A stretch of DNA of 64,000 nucleotides from Lama guanicoe (taxonomy: Eukaryota): assembly GCA_013239625.1 (NCBI GenBank), contig MU053482.1, forward strand, positions 2,269,168-2,333,167. The letters are read 5' to 3'. The position numbers were made by a program, and so were the translations under genes. Every line of letters starts with the position of its first letter. The first letter of the stretch is position 1. The notes beneath the pieces were generated by a model. It did not search any database. It was given only the letters and a program-made list of their open reading frames with translations, and had not been told where the DNA came from. Positions 51,863 to 63,590 of the stretch are shown here, in pieces.

Positions 51863-53014
51863 CTAAACCCAAAATTCAGTTAGCTGAACGTGCCACCATG
51901 TTGCTGGAATTGGTCTTGTTGACTTGAGTAGGACTATGCAAGGATCACAGAAACTCTTCACTGCCTGCAGCCTGTTTCAGTTAGAAGCGGGGGAGGCGAG
52001 CAGCCTGACTGCTGGCATGACTCCTGGCCTCCCTGGGACAGTTAGGTCAGGAACAGACAGTAACCTTGCTACCTGTAACTAAAAGTAGCAAAACCTGTGG
52101 AGGGCAGAGGGCCCACACATGAGGATTTTTAAGAGGGAGAGCCTGAGCCCAGACTGTGAAACGTCAGTACTTGATGGCTGTCAAGCACAATTAGAAGCAA
52201 AGCAGCATGTTTCCTTCAAAGGGGACAAAATCTGGAGGAGAGAAAAGAAAAGCTGAGCTGAACATTAAATGAGTCACCCCAGGGCCCCAGGAATCTAGTC
52301 TAGAGCTGGCTTCTCCAAGCCACTTCCTCCACAAAGCTCTGCCAGCTGACTTGGGCATCTGCTTTTTCTGGGCCCCACTGGGACTGTAGATGGGACAGCA
52401 CAAGGCATATTAGTGATATACTGCCCGAAACCTGTGAGGGCTCTTTGCTCAGGTGAAGATGGTTGGGGACAGCTGCAGATCGCCCCCGACAGTGATGCTG
52501 CCTCCCCTCTCGGTTGTGGACAGTGAGCAGCGTAAGGCAGTGCCTGGTTCTGCCCCCCAACTTCCTAAGGGGCATATCTGGAGAGAAGGATCTGAGGACC
52601 CGTGTTTCAAGACCAGATTCCGAGCTTCTCAGAGCACTGAAGTCGCTCATCAGCACCTGAAGGCATTTTGACTGTACATCTAGAGAAAAATCAAGGCCTC
52701 CAAGAGAAAAGAGGGAGGGGAGGGCAGAAACAAACAAGGGCAGTGTCCTGTCAGTAGAGACTAGTGAAGAAAGAAGACAGTTGTTAAATAGGGATGCAAA
52801 CATTTGCGCAAAGATCAGCCCATCCTTTCTTGTTGAGCTTTATTGCATAAGTGAAACCTACCCTTCCCTCTTACTCGCAGTCTCCCCTTCAACATGACAA
52901 ACCCCCAAGTGTTACTTTCAATCCCAGCAGAGTGGACATGTGCATCGGGTTCCTGAGAGACACACGGGAGGGAAGGGAGCAGGGGCCTCAGCCCTGCCTT
53001 AGCAAAAGGTCTAC

Positions 53015-53668
53015 CTGGCTTCCCAGGATGCGGCTCAGCCCTGTTTCTCCTCCAGTACCTCCACTCGGGCCGGCAGAGGCCACCCTGCCTCCTTGGAGAC
53101 TTCTCATGAAGGATGGGGTCTGTGTTGACCATGCTGTCCACCGTCAGCCTCCGAGGGAGGCCCGTCTCCAGTCCATTCTCTGTGTCCTCCTCTTCGGATG
53201 AAGAGGAAGTAGAGGAGGAAGAAGCAGCCATGGACACCTGCACTGCTCCTCCTTCCTCCTCTGGGTCCTCCAGGGGCATGGGCTGGGCGGTGGGCTTCAG
53301 CCCCACCTCAGGATGTTCTCTGGCTGTGGCCCCCGAGGTCCTGGCGAGAGGCCACCAGGTGGGTCCAGCCAAGGGGCAGCAGCAGAGGCAGCCCTGGCAC
53401 AGCAGCTGGCAGCAGGCACACGGGTGGCAGGCGGGGCACAGGAGCAGAGTGCTCAGAGGAAGCCCGTTGGTGACACATCCAGCAACCGGCCCCACCAGAG
53501 AGCAGCGAGGGGCCCAGAGGAGGGGGCTGGCGCGCTCCCAGGTGAAAGACACTTGCAGCCTGTCCACAGCCTTCTTCCAGACAGCCGGGGGCACCCACGT
53601 GACCCCTCCTAAGGGCACTGTGGCTATCTTGCCATTCCAGAAGTAAACAGTAATTTCTTCTTTTGATG
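53015..53668 (-). CDS. C11orf16: C11orf16 coding exon 4 (654 nt)
   Basis: gttatgcag|ASKEEITVYFWNGKIATVPLGG...CCQLLCQGCLC...PEWRYWRRN...PGKP(G)|gtagac. Confidence 0.92.
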
Positions 53669-54312
53669 CTGCATAACAGAAAAGGGCAACATTTTGTTAC
53701 AACCCCGTCCTTTGTATCCTGGGAGAAGGATTCTCCTCTCCCAGAAGCAAAGCCTCAGGGCAGCCCCTCTGTTCCACCTGTCTTGTCACGTGCACCCCTC
53801 CCTGGAGAGCCTGCCAGGGACATCCCTCACCCGCTCCGTGTTTACCAGCCCTTCCTGGTGCACTTGCACACGCCTCTGCATCTCAGTTCTCGTGTCAAGA
53901 CTAAAATGCATCCTCAGGTAGGGGAAGGGAAGGAGAAGCCTCCTGTCATTCTCTGATTTACAGGGATGCTGACTGGTGGGCCCTGCTCCTGTCTCAGTCC
54001 CTGGACTTGGTGGCGGGCAGGTTATGTGTACTGGTGAGATCCCAGGATAACCCTACCACACAACAGATTAGCTAATCGACATAGGCATAATAGCCTTAGG
54101 CTATTTTGCACTGATTAAAAATATTTTATAATCTGAAAGTAATCTGATGATTTGCACATCTGTGGCCACCCTCAGGATGAAGCTGCAAGTAAAGGGGTAA
54201 GGATCCTTTTAAGCCTCTAAGACCCCTAAGCTGTAGAGACACCCTTTGCTCTCTCCTCAGCCTGATCACCAGCCTGGCAGGGGGACTGGGAGGTCAGGGC
54301 AGCTTCCCTTAC

Positions 54313-54547
54313 CTCTCTGGGGGTCTGTCGCCTCCAAGCCCAAGATAACAGTGCCAGGGCCATACCGCTGTGGGTCTGGCCCCCAGCGTGCCAGCACCTT
54401 GTCCCCAGGTCTCAGGGAGCATTCCAAGGATGGTGAGAACTGAATAACATCTTCCTTTAAGACCACGTTCTGCCCCTGGGCTGGCTGCTCTGGGCCTGTG
54501 ACAAGGGGAGCCTCAAATTCCACCAGCAGGGCCCCCTGCCTCTCCAG
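54313..54547 (-). CDS. C11orf16: C11orf16 coding exon 3 (235 nt)
   Basis: ctcccacag|LERQGALLVEFEAPLV...LRPGDKVLARW...YGPGTVILGLEATDPQR|gtaagg. Confidence 0.93.
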
Positions 54548-55116
54548 CTGTGGGAGAGAAACCACTCAGAATAAGATCTGGCCTGAGGAAGTGCTTCGGG
54601 GCGCACCGCAGTTCCCTCCAAGCCCCTGGGCCAGGCCTGGGGTCTTCCTCCAGCACAGTGAGGACCAGAGAGAGGAGGGGCAGCAACAGGGGCCGCTCAG
54701 AGCCGATTACCGCGGAGACCTGCCAGCTATGAGGCGGATGCTCGTCCCTCTGCTTCTTGCTCTGGGCGACTCTTGTTTATTACATCCTGCCTTCCCCCCT
54801 TCCCGTTCGTTCTCTTCCTTTTCCTGTTTTTCTTTTCTCCCTTCTGTATTTTTGGCTTGCAATTCCCAGAGTAACCTGGGTCCTTTGGATCTTTCCCCAA
54901 AGCACTACCCCTCCTCCCTGCACTCGCAGGAGGTGCTGACCATGTGTCTGACCAGCCAGGGCTGGGGTGCTCATGCAGTGCCTTTCCATCCACAGGGAGA
55001 TGCTGAGCAAAGGAAGCAAATGAACAGCGTAACAGAGCGGGCAGGAGAGGCACTAAGCTAATGAGAAGAACATGCTCTTCTGACAACTCAGTGTGATTCT
55101 GAGGAAAGTCTGGTTA

Positions 55117-55786
55117 TGAGACAGGAGGGAAGGGGGCAGGGCACAGCCTTTCAAGGAGTAATACAGCAATTAACAGCAGAATGGTGGAAGATTCAACTCC
55201 CACTAGGCCTTGAGGTTCAAGATGGCAGGAGGTTTGACTTCCAGTAGACCTTGAGCTTCATTATATGCTCACTGTAACATATTAGCATGGTAAATAACAT
55301 GCCCACAGGTGCCATGACAGTCCCAAGGCTAACCACAAAAGGTTAAAGAGTGGGTGGTGGCCCAATTCCTGGGAATCCCAGCCCCTTCCCCAGGGTAGCT
55401 GGAATGGTCCTCTCACTCATTGGCATGTGAAGCCCATAAAAACTAGCAACAAGGCGCCTCGTGGCCGCCTCTCTCACTCCCTCGAGTCGGCCCACTCTGT
55501 CTATGAAGTGTGTGCCTACTTTTACTTTAACCTGAGCTCTCAACCCCCATATTTCAATGCCTTTCTCTTGCCTTCTGAAATAGACTGAGCTCTATGTAGT
55601 ATGTATCTCTCCAAATAAATCAACTCAACCACGGCTCATTTTTTAATTCCTTCCTGTGTGAAGCCAAGGACCCACACTTGGCGGGGCACGTCCCAAGGGC
55701 TGAATTGAGACCAGGGACATGGCCCTCCTCTCGCCCCACATTCATTTTTCCTGTATCATCTCTCTGGCGCCCCTTTTCCTATATCA
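55117..55786 (+). mobile_element. ERV1 solo LTR, MER41-like, in C11orf16 intron (antisense to gene)
   Basis: TG(agacagg)...(tatat)CA termini with perfect 4-bp TSD GTTA (55113-55116, 55787-55790); MER41-like cccacaggtgccatgacagt...cccaattcctgggaa segment; AATAAA at 55614-55619. Confidence 0.8.
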
Positions 55787-56200
55787 GTTACAAGTGAAAT
55801 TTTATCACATCACTAGACAGAATCTATATTTGAGCAAAACTCTGCTAATATTTCATTTGAAATCACATAATATTTACTTGAAAATGACAACATGATTTGA
55901 TTAAAAATTCTATAATTTATTTATTTATATATATATATTAGAATTCACACTAGCTTTCCCTCCATGGAGCCACATTCACAGAGTCTGACTCTGAAAAGAG
56001 AAAAATCCCAAAGAGGCAAGCAGCCACCGAAGGAAAGCCAGAGCCTGGCCCCAGCATATGAGGACCATGCTCCTGTGCGTAGGGACACAGGCGTGCACGA
56101 GGGTACACACGTTCTGTCCCTCTTTCCCTTAGACTGGTGCCCGTAATTCGACACATTGAATTTCCCTGAACAACGTGCTTTTACTGTACATTTTCTTCAC

Positions 56201-56662
56201 TGTTACGGGTTGAATCGTGTCCCCCTCAAAATTTATATGTCGATATTCTAGCCCCTAGTACCTCAGAATGTGACTTTATTTGCAAACAGGGTCATGGCAG
56301 ATATAATTAGTTAAGTCGAGGTCATACTGAGTATAGCTGATAGGGTGGGACCCTAATCCAATGACTAGTGTCCTTACAAAAAGGGGAAACTTGAACACTG
56401 ACATGTGCCAGGGACAGCAGCACGTGAAAGCGAAGGCAGAGATCAGGGGATGCTTCTACAAGCCAAAGAGCACCATAGACTGCCAGCAAACCACCAGGAG
56501 GTAGCAAAGGCGCATGAAACAGGTCCTCCCTCACGGCCCTCAGAATCACCACCTCTGCCAACACCTCAGTTCCAGTCTCCAAAACCGAGAGACAACAAGT
56601 TTCTGTTGTTTAAGGCACTCAGTTTGTGCCCCTCTGTTACCCAGCTGGGGCAAATTAATCCA
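56201..56662 (+). mobile_element. MLT1 (MaLR) solo LTR
   Basis: tgttacgggttgaatcgtgtcccc...ccctaatccaatgactagtgtcctt...tttctgttgtttaag...ttaatcca; 5-bp TSD ttcac/ctcac. Confidence 0.88.
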
Positions 56663-56773
56663 CTCACTGACATTACCTTTTCCCTTCTACAGCCATGCAC
56701 AGCTAAGGCCTATCAGGTGTGACAGGGCCACCCAGAGGAGCACACGGGGAGATGTGGGGAGTCAGGGACTTGC

Positions 56774-56930
56774 CTCTGGAGCAGCCTTTATCTGAGCCCT
56801 GTAATAAAAGCCATCTGGTTCCCTTCTTGCCAGGATCCATGTGTCAGCAGCACCTCCAACTCTTCCCAGCCAGCCAGGCCTCTGCCATGCTGGGTCAGCA
56901 ATGTGGAGACACGGGTGATAAGATGCATAT
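56774..56930 (-). CDS. C11orf16: C11orf16 coding exon 2 (157 nt), followed by a GC-AG intron
   Basis: tttttcccag|(R)YASYHPCLHIADPAWQRPGWLGR...WILARREPDGFYYRAQIKAAPE|gcaagt. Confidence 0.92.
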
Positions 56931-58158
56931 CTGGGAAAAAAGCAAATGGAATTAGGGAGTGGAGCAGACCAAGCCCTACAACCATTAAGAAACACGTTTT
57001 GTGGTTAGACCACAGTGTGCATGACAGATAAGGCGATGTGGAACAGAAATCCATGTAAAAAGTGGCAATCTGTGGCTTCTGGTAAGATAAGGTAAACTGT
57101 TGGAAGGGGCGGAAGGAGAGGAGAGAGAAGGGAACCGTGGTTTGAGGATTGGGAATTGTTTCAAGGTCTTCGGAATGGGGTTAGCCTTGATATTTCCGGG
57201 TTAATTAGTGCTGGTTCTGAGACTAGACAGCCGGCCAGGGGAGAGTTCTGGGAAGGTAAGTCCTACGGCAGTGTATGGGATTCCAGGATGAGGCGTGGAG
57301 GCTGGGATGGTGATGCCAAGCAGGCTGAGTGCTGTGGGGTCAGAAGGAAAGAGGAAGTGTTTGAGCAGGGGAAGCACAGAGGAGCTGACGAAGAGGCTGT
57401 GGGACAGAAAAAAGGGAGAAGCTAGTTCTGGGAAAGTATGTGGATAGCACCGAGGCAGAGGGAATTGTTGAGTCAGGGTTTGGGTTTCTGAAAAAACTGT
57501 TTATCTTGTGGGCAAGCCAGGATACAGGGACGCTCAATTCTGGCTTTGAGCTGGTCCACAGAGGTGAATCAAGAAAGGGGGTTACAGGGTCCAGGCTGGT
57601 ACTCCCCTCACCTGGGCAGGCTGAGCTGAGCAGCATGAACAAGAATCCCTGGGACCTGCACAGCCTGTATGTGCTCATAGGCTGAGGTTCCTTTCCCCTC
57701 TTGTATTCACGCCATAGAAAGCCAGCTAAGGATACCATTCATGAAAAGCCAGGATAACTGAGGGAACCCGAGGAGGGATCTGGAGACCTCACCTTAGTGG
57801 CTGGTGGTAGAAGCCCTAATTTCTCACATGGCGCCTAGGCAAGTCTCTTGGTTGATGGTAACATGAGCTAGAAGTTGTATAACTGCTAATGTCTGACTGC
57901 CTTCTCTCACACATGCCAACTCTGACATCTGCCACTTGGCTACAGGGTGGGACGAAAGCCAGGTCAACCCTTGATGTCGCTGGGAGCACAGTTAAGACCA
58001 GGGTAATATAATACCCCCAGCAAATCATAGCCCACGTGGTAAAAAACCCTTTCAGCCTTCCCAGGAAGCAAATTCTCTCCCTCCTGGGAGAGAGCCAAGA
58101 ACAGAGGGGAGAAAGGAAGGTGCACACCACTTCCTTCCCGGGAAGCAGAGATCAGTAC

Positions 58159-58325
58159 CTGGTGAGGGGGCCGTGCTGGGGGAGCCAGGGTGCTCGGAGA
58201 GCGAGGGGGCAGGCGAAGGAGAGGTCCCAGGGAGGAGCAGCGCCAGCCCAGGCAGGGGACTTCAGGGTTGTGGCCACACTGCAGTATTTGGGCAAAGGCA
58301 TCCCAGGCCCTGCGGACGGTTCCAT
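58159..58325 (-). CDS. C11orf16: C11orf16 coding exon 1 (exon starts at 58343)
   Basis: ATG at 58325 in accATGG context; MEPSAGPGMPLPKYCSVATTLKSPAWAGAAPPWDLSF... matches the C11orf16 N-terminus; acceptor gttctcag, donor AG|GTACTG. Confidence 0.92.
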
Positions 58326-58964
58326 GGTCTTCAAAGAAAACCCCTGAGAACAAGCAGCACCATTACCTGAGTTGTAGCCCACAGCCCAGGAGAGGATGCC
58401 TGGCTGGGGCAGGACTCAGCTCTGCGGTTAGTGGCTTCTCCACAGACGCTCAGGGTGTCCCCTGAGTCACCTTCCTTGGGAGACTTAGCCCGGGAAACAG
58501 GGGAGGGTTGAAAGAGCAAGAGCTGAGATTTTCAGGAAACCCAGCTTTAAATCCGTCACAGCCTGCTGGCTGCGTGCTCACTTCACTCCATGCTTCGGTT
58601 ACTGCCCAGATGATAAATGGAAAGCACCTGGCATTGTAAGTAGCTCATTAAGCGTTAGTTTTCTCCCCCCACCTCCACCCAAGTTGTAGGGATTCCCAGG
58701 GGTAAGCCCATACTTCCCTTTACAAATCCTAACCCCAATGACAAACTGACCCCTAACCCAAGCTACAGACTTCCCTCCTAACCCGGTCACCTACAGGACT
58801 AACTAGACCGAGCTGAGAGCCCAGGGCTGTGGCTTCCGCAGACCTGCTCAGAGGCGACAGCTATCACCCAGGGCCCAAGATCACACTCCGTTGCCTGAGC
58901 CCACCACGTTTCTGTTGGGTCTGCTCTTGGCCAAGGCCACAGTTCTGACCCCAGGCAGACTTAC

Positions 58965-59065
58965 CTCAGCCCTGGACTCCTCTGCCTCAGCCCCTTCAAA
59001 CAGTTGGAGCTCAGGGCCTCAGCCCAACTGACTCCTGGTTGCCAAGCATGTTGCCATGGGTGTGA
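58965..59065 (-). promoter_or_regulatory. C11orf16: C11orf16 non-coding exon 1 / core promoter
   Basis: Consensus donor GAG|GTAAGT at 58965; X-box-like GTTGCC motifs at 59038-59062; CAACTG/CAGTTG pair. Confidence 0.65.
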
Positions 59066-59639
59066 GCCAGCAGGCAGGCTGAGGGCCAAGTGAGGGTACT
59101 GAGCATGTGCGGAGGGGTGACTGGGGCCTTGGCGGCTTGGGCGGGGCCAGGGGGTAGGGGGTTAGTCTTCGTCTTTCTCTTTGAAGAAGGGGAGAGAGGG
59201 TGTTGGAGAGAAAGGCCTCAATTCCCAGAAGCTCAGGCTTCTCCACTGCCGGGAGTCAGTCAGTGGGAAGCCCTCATGGGTCCAAGGAGAGTCTTGTGAA
59301 AAAGCTGATCTGCCTTCACACTGTCAGGCAGGGGGCTGGAGTGGAGGGACTCCTGGCTGGCCTAGGGTCTCTAAGAATATGCCTGTATTTAAAACAAAAT
59401 ACCCAAAAGCGTGGGCATGTCTGTCTGTAACAGGCAGCACTCTGCTGAGGAGCAGAAGTGTGGTGATCACTTGGGTGGTGGGAGTGGACAGCAGTGACCA
59501 GAGGAACAGAAGTCTAGATTCTGCCCTCATTTGAACATCCACAGGAGGAGGCTTGTGCTTAGGTATTTGGCAGTCCTTGTGCACTGGTTGTGTGCCCCAC
59601 TCTGTGTTCAGTGGAGAATACCAAAAACTGTGCAGGGAC

Positions 59640-60095
59640 ATTTGTGGGTGTCTCTGCCACATCCATCCCCCCTTCCAGCAGTTCCTGTTTGTATTTGTGG
59701 ACCTGTGTGATTAGGGGAGGCTGACTGTACCCACTGAGTCACGTGTGTGTCCATCAGCACATTCCATTCCCTGGCCACTAGGGTTGGCCATGTTCCTAAG
59801 CCTCTCCAATCAGAATGAATCTCAAAACTTGTGTTGGAAATCCTGGGTTATAGACTTTCTCTTCCCTCCTATACATAAATAAGAAAGCATATAGTTCTGG
59901 GAGCTTCTGACAACCTTTTGGGGACACTGAGGCCATTCCCAGGGAGGACAGATCTAAAGAAAACAGATTCTTGATGAAAGTGTTCAGCCCTGCCTGAAGG
60001 CAGCCCTACTGCTAGAAGCTTCAGTATGTGAGCCTATAAATTCCCTTTACTGATTATATCAGTTTTTATTGGATTTGTCCATTGCTTCAACCAAC
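59640..60095 (+). mobile_element. old MLT1-like LTR
   Basis: ccattccctggccac...ccaatcagaatgaatctcaaaact...gtgagcctataaattcccttt. Confidence 0.55.
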
Positions 60096-61776
60096 ATCTC
60101 TTGATGTCTGCCCTCATGGAACTTAAATTTGCAGTCAGGAGAATGACTGTTGCCCTAAGGACTGAGTTATTTGGTACACAAAGTTAGAGTCCAAGAAAGA
60201 CTAAGTCTCTGTCTGTGAGGAAAGGATTCCTGAATAAGGTAGGTAGGATTTCACCAGTGAAAGGAAAAAGAATATTCCATCCTGTCTTGGTGGGAAGCAA
60301 AAGCTAAGAGAGAAAGATGCATTTGCAAGACTGTGATTTTCTTTTCGGGGTGGAGGGAATGGGGTGTCATGGAAAAATCAAGATGTGGATATTTGGAAAG
60401 GGGCCAAATTGATGGGAGCTTTGAAAACCAAGCAAATAAATGTAAACAACAACGTCATAGCCAAAAGGGACTTGTCATGGGGTTTGAGCAATGAAGTGAT
60501 GTGAAATGGTTTAGGAAAGAATATCCGAGTGAGGATGGAGCCAGTTTGTATCTGTGGACCTGTGTGGTCCACAAAAGAGAAAAGAGCCATGGAGGTCCAG
60601 GAAGAGACCATTAACAGTGACCCAGACATAACGTGACAGGACAGGACTAGGAAAACAGCACCACTAAATATTTACCAACACTTTGCTGGGTGCTAGGAAT
60701 CTAGGATGAGTAAGACTGGTCCCTGTCTTCAGGGGGCTTATAGTCTACTGCAGACAGAAGATAGGTGTGCCAGGCATGTAAGATAGCAGGATGGGAATGG
60801 CAGGGAGATATGTGTACAAAATAAAGGAACAAATAATGGCTGGGTGGGACAACTTCACAGAGAGCTGACAGTGTGTTGGAAGTCCTGCCTGGGTTTGGTG
60901 ACAGATGGGACCCACGAGTTAAGGGAGAAGGAAGGGCTGAAGCTTGTCATGGGAATAGAAATAGAGACTTTTTGAAGGCAGACTCCAAGATAGGGGGTGT
61001 CACTGTCCTTCCCATGTATTCTGATCCTAGAAAACCAGGAGAATGGTGATGCTATGGGGGGAAAAAAGGATAATAATAATTTTAAAAGCAGTAGTTATGA
61101 AAACTTACTATGCATCAGGCACTGTTGAGCCTCATGATAAGCATACCACGTCGTTACTGTTACTCTCATCCTGTGGAAGAAGTCTGATTGCAGAGCCTGC
61201 CCTCTTAAGCCCTACACTAAGCTACCTGACAAAGTCTGCTGCATGCAGGAAAAGATGACTGAAATAATTTCAAATGACAACAAGGTTTTGTTAACTACTT
61301 TTGCTTTAGCCCCAAGATCCTTCCCCATCATGTTATGGGTGAGGTATAGATTTCTTGCCAATCCCAAATAATAAAAACCACCAAACTTTGACAAATCAAG
61401 GGAGGTTCATTGTGATTGCTTAATAAGAAGTGTTTGCAAAGTGCATTACACGCAGTGAATAGTCATCGGTCGTACTTTACATAACTTTTGTGAGAGTTTC
61501 TCACAGCTGAGATCCTGTGTGAGAAGAGCAAGGTTAGAGGTATAGAGATTTGGGGCTCCTGCTCCTCTAAAGTTCTTTAAAGAAATCACCAAAACTTAAA
61601 AAGCATTTTCTCAATCTACATCAGATAATGTATAGTACATCTGAGAGCCAGGTAAGAAATATGCAGCATAGCTTAGCATTTGAACTATTATCTGCCCACA
61701 CAGAAGACATTAGGAAAACTATTAATGATGTAAGGGACCACATTTTGTGAAACTGTTTCCGTTTGGAAACACAGAA

Positions 61777-62322
61777 TCAAATGATTCTAAAAATGGGATC
61801 AGTGTGGTGGCTGGTGGTTGCCATCATGGAGGAAACTTTCCTGGGGTTATTCTTCGTCTCAGCCTCATCAGGGCAGAGGAGGGACTGCAGGTAATGGATG
61901 TACTTGATCGCGGCTCTGAGGGTTTCCACTTTGCTGAGTCGCTTCTCCAAGTACTCCTCTGGCAGGTGATGTCGGAGCTGGGCGTAGCCTTCATTGACAC
62001 ATTTCACCCGCTGCCTTTCCCGCTCATTCCTTTTCCGGATAAAGGCCGGCCCATAGGAATAATCGCACCTTCTGTAATTTGGATAAGGCACTGGGAAGGA
62101 GAAGGCACAGGGTTCACCGTAATTTTCCACGATCAGGGAGTCACTGGAAAAAGGCAGCAATGGCAGGTCTTCAGAGAAAGGGGACGGCACTGGGCCCTCA
62201 GGGTACAGGTGGAACATGACCATGGGGTCCAGATAGAAGGACCTGGCCAGGGGCAGGTGGGCAGAATCAGTGAAGACAGGCAGTCTGTCTGGCAGATTGG
62301 AGTAGCTTCTATTGTCCATCAT
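61777..62322 (-). CDS. ASCL3: Achaete-scute family bHLH transcription factor 3 (181 aa)
   Basis: MMDNRSYSNLPDRLP...YSYGPAFIRKRNERERQRVKCVNEGYAQLRHHLPEEYLEKRLSKVETLRAAIKYIHYLQSLL; acceptor tgtttccag just upstream (exon start 62334); syntenic position. Confidence 0.97.
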   Translation of the reverse strand: MMDNRSYSNLPDRLPVFTDSAHLPLARSFYLDPMVMFHLYPEGPVPSPFSEDLPLLPFSSDSLIVENYGEPCAFSFPVPYPNYRRCDYSYGPAFIRKRNERERQRVKCVNEGYAQLRHHLPEEYLEKRLSKVETLRAAIKYIHYLQSLLCPDEAETKNNPRKVSSMMATTSHHTDPIFRII

Positions 62323-63409
62323 TTCCTCTTTAGTCTGGAAACATAACCAAGTTTATTAATTTAGCCAGATCAAAAGAGAGCAGATATCATTGACTTTCTC
62401 GGAGATCAGAGACTTTTCTGCTTTGATAAATAGTTTCTTAGCTCATTCTGAAAACTAGGTGTGGTTACAATATTCTGTAGGTAGTAAGAGAGGATTTTTG
62501 CTGGTACACAGAAGCAGTATAAAATAACATTGACTCACCTTGAGAGAAAGTTATTTCCTTTCAATCCTCTTTCAGTCCTTGTGATTACAAAGACATATCT
62601 TTAGTCTGGTAAGACTGTGTTTTCCACGCTACCAGAATGCTTTCTAATCCTCCTCAGATGGAAGTCTTCAACAAGCAATAGTATCTGGCTAGAATCTAAT
62701 AATATTTTACTGTTAATGTCCATTTATTGTGAATTATTCTGTTTTCACATTTAGAGTAGTGATGCAAAGTCTCTTTTAAAAGCAAACAAATTTGAGCAAA
62801 AAATGTGGATTGACTTGAAGAAGAATAGTGAGTAAACAGCAACACAGGTGGAACATAGATATAATGAAGATTGTGAAGGGGCATGCAAATATGAAGTTTA
62901 GGAAACACTGAAACACCACAATATTCAAATATGTGTGGGAGAAATTACAAACCAGTTAATGACCATGCAACCTCACAGGCATAGCTTTCTTAAATGCTAC
63001 CTGTATGCCAGGGGCAAAACTGAAAATAAAGATGAAAAAGGAATCATTTGCTCTTAAAAATTCACTATAAGATTCCTTTAATGAGAAATTCCCCTAACAC
63101 ATTTAAAACATAGTCAACTTATATATTTTCCTTAGAACTTTAAATATACTGAGTAAAGTGCATCTGTACTTAGCTGGGTTTTTTTTCATGGAACTTAAGA
63201 ATAAAGTATTACACACCAACAGGTCCCACACCAACACACGCCCTCTTTCTGAATAGGTGTGCATCCAGCTCCTTTATTAAACTGCCATTACCTTTTACCT
63301 TTGACTGTAATAATGTAGTCACAGCAGATTTCACAGGGACATTACAGTTTTACTGGGCGTCAGGGAAGTGCTGTAGGAAAAGAGCATTTTCCTTTCAGTC
63401 ATTAACATT

Positions 63410-63590
63410 CTAAGGTTTCAATCTTGGCTTTGCCTCTTCTTAGCTGTGTGTCCTGAGGCAAGTCTTAACCTTTCTGAGCCCTAGCTTGGTCCTATGTCCA
63501 ACCGAGATATTAACTATTATGCAGCGTAGTTGTGAGGATTAAGTGAAAAAAAATATATATATAATGCACCAGGCATTAGTTCTTTTCCTC
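63410..63590 (+). mobile_element. MIR SINE
   Basis: ggtttcaatcttggctttgcctcttcttagctgtgtgtcctgaggcaagtc...gttgtgaggattaagtga. Confidence 0.75.

Noticed and set aside
53113-53646. 177-aa plus-strand ORF with an acidic stretch
   Set aside because: Antisense shadow of the GC-rich C11orf16 exon.
61747-62346. 199-aa plus-strand ORF
   Set aside because: Antisense shadow of the ASCL3 CDS; GTG start and no independent support.
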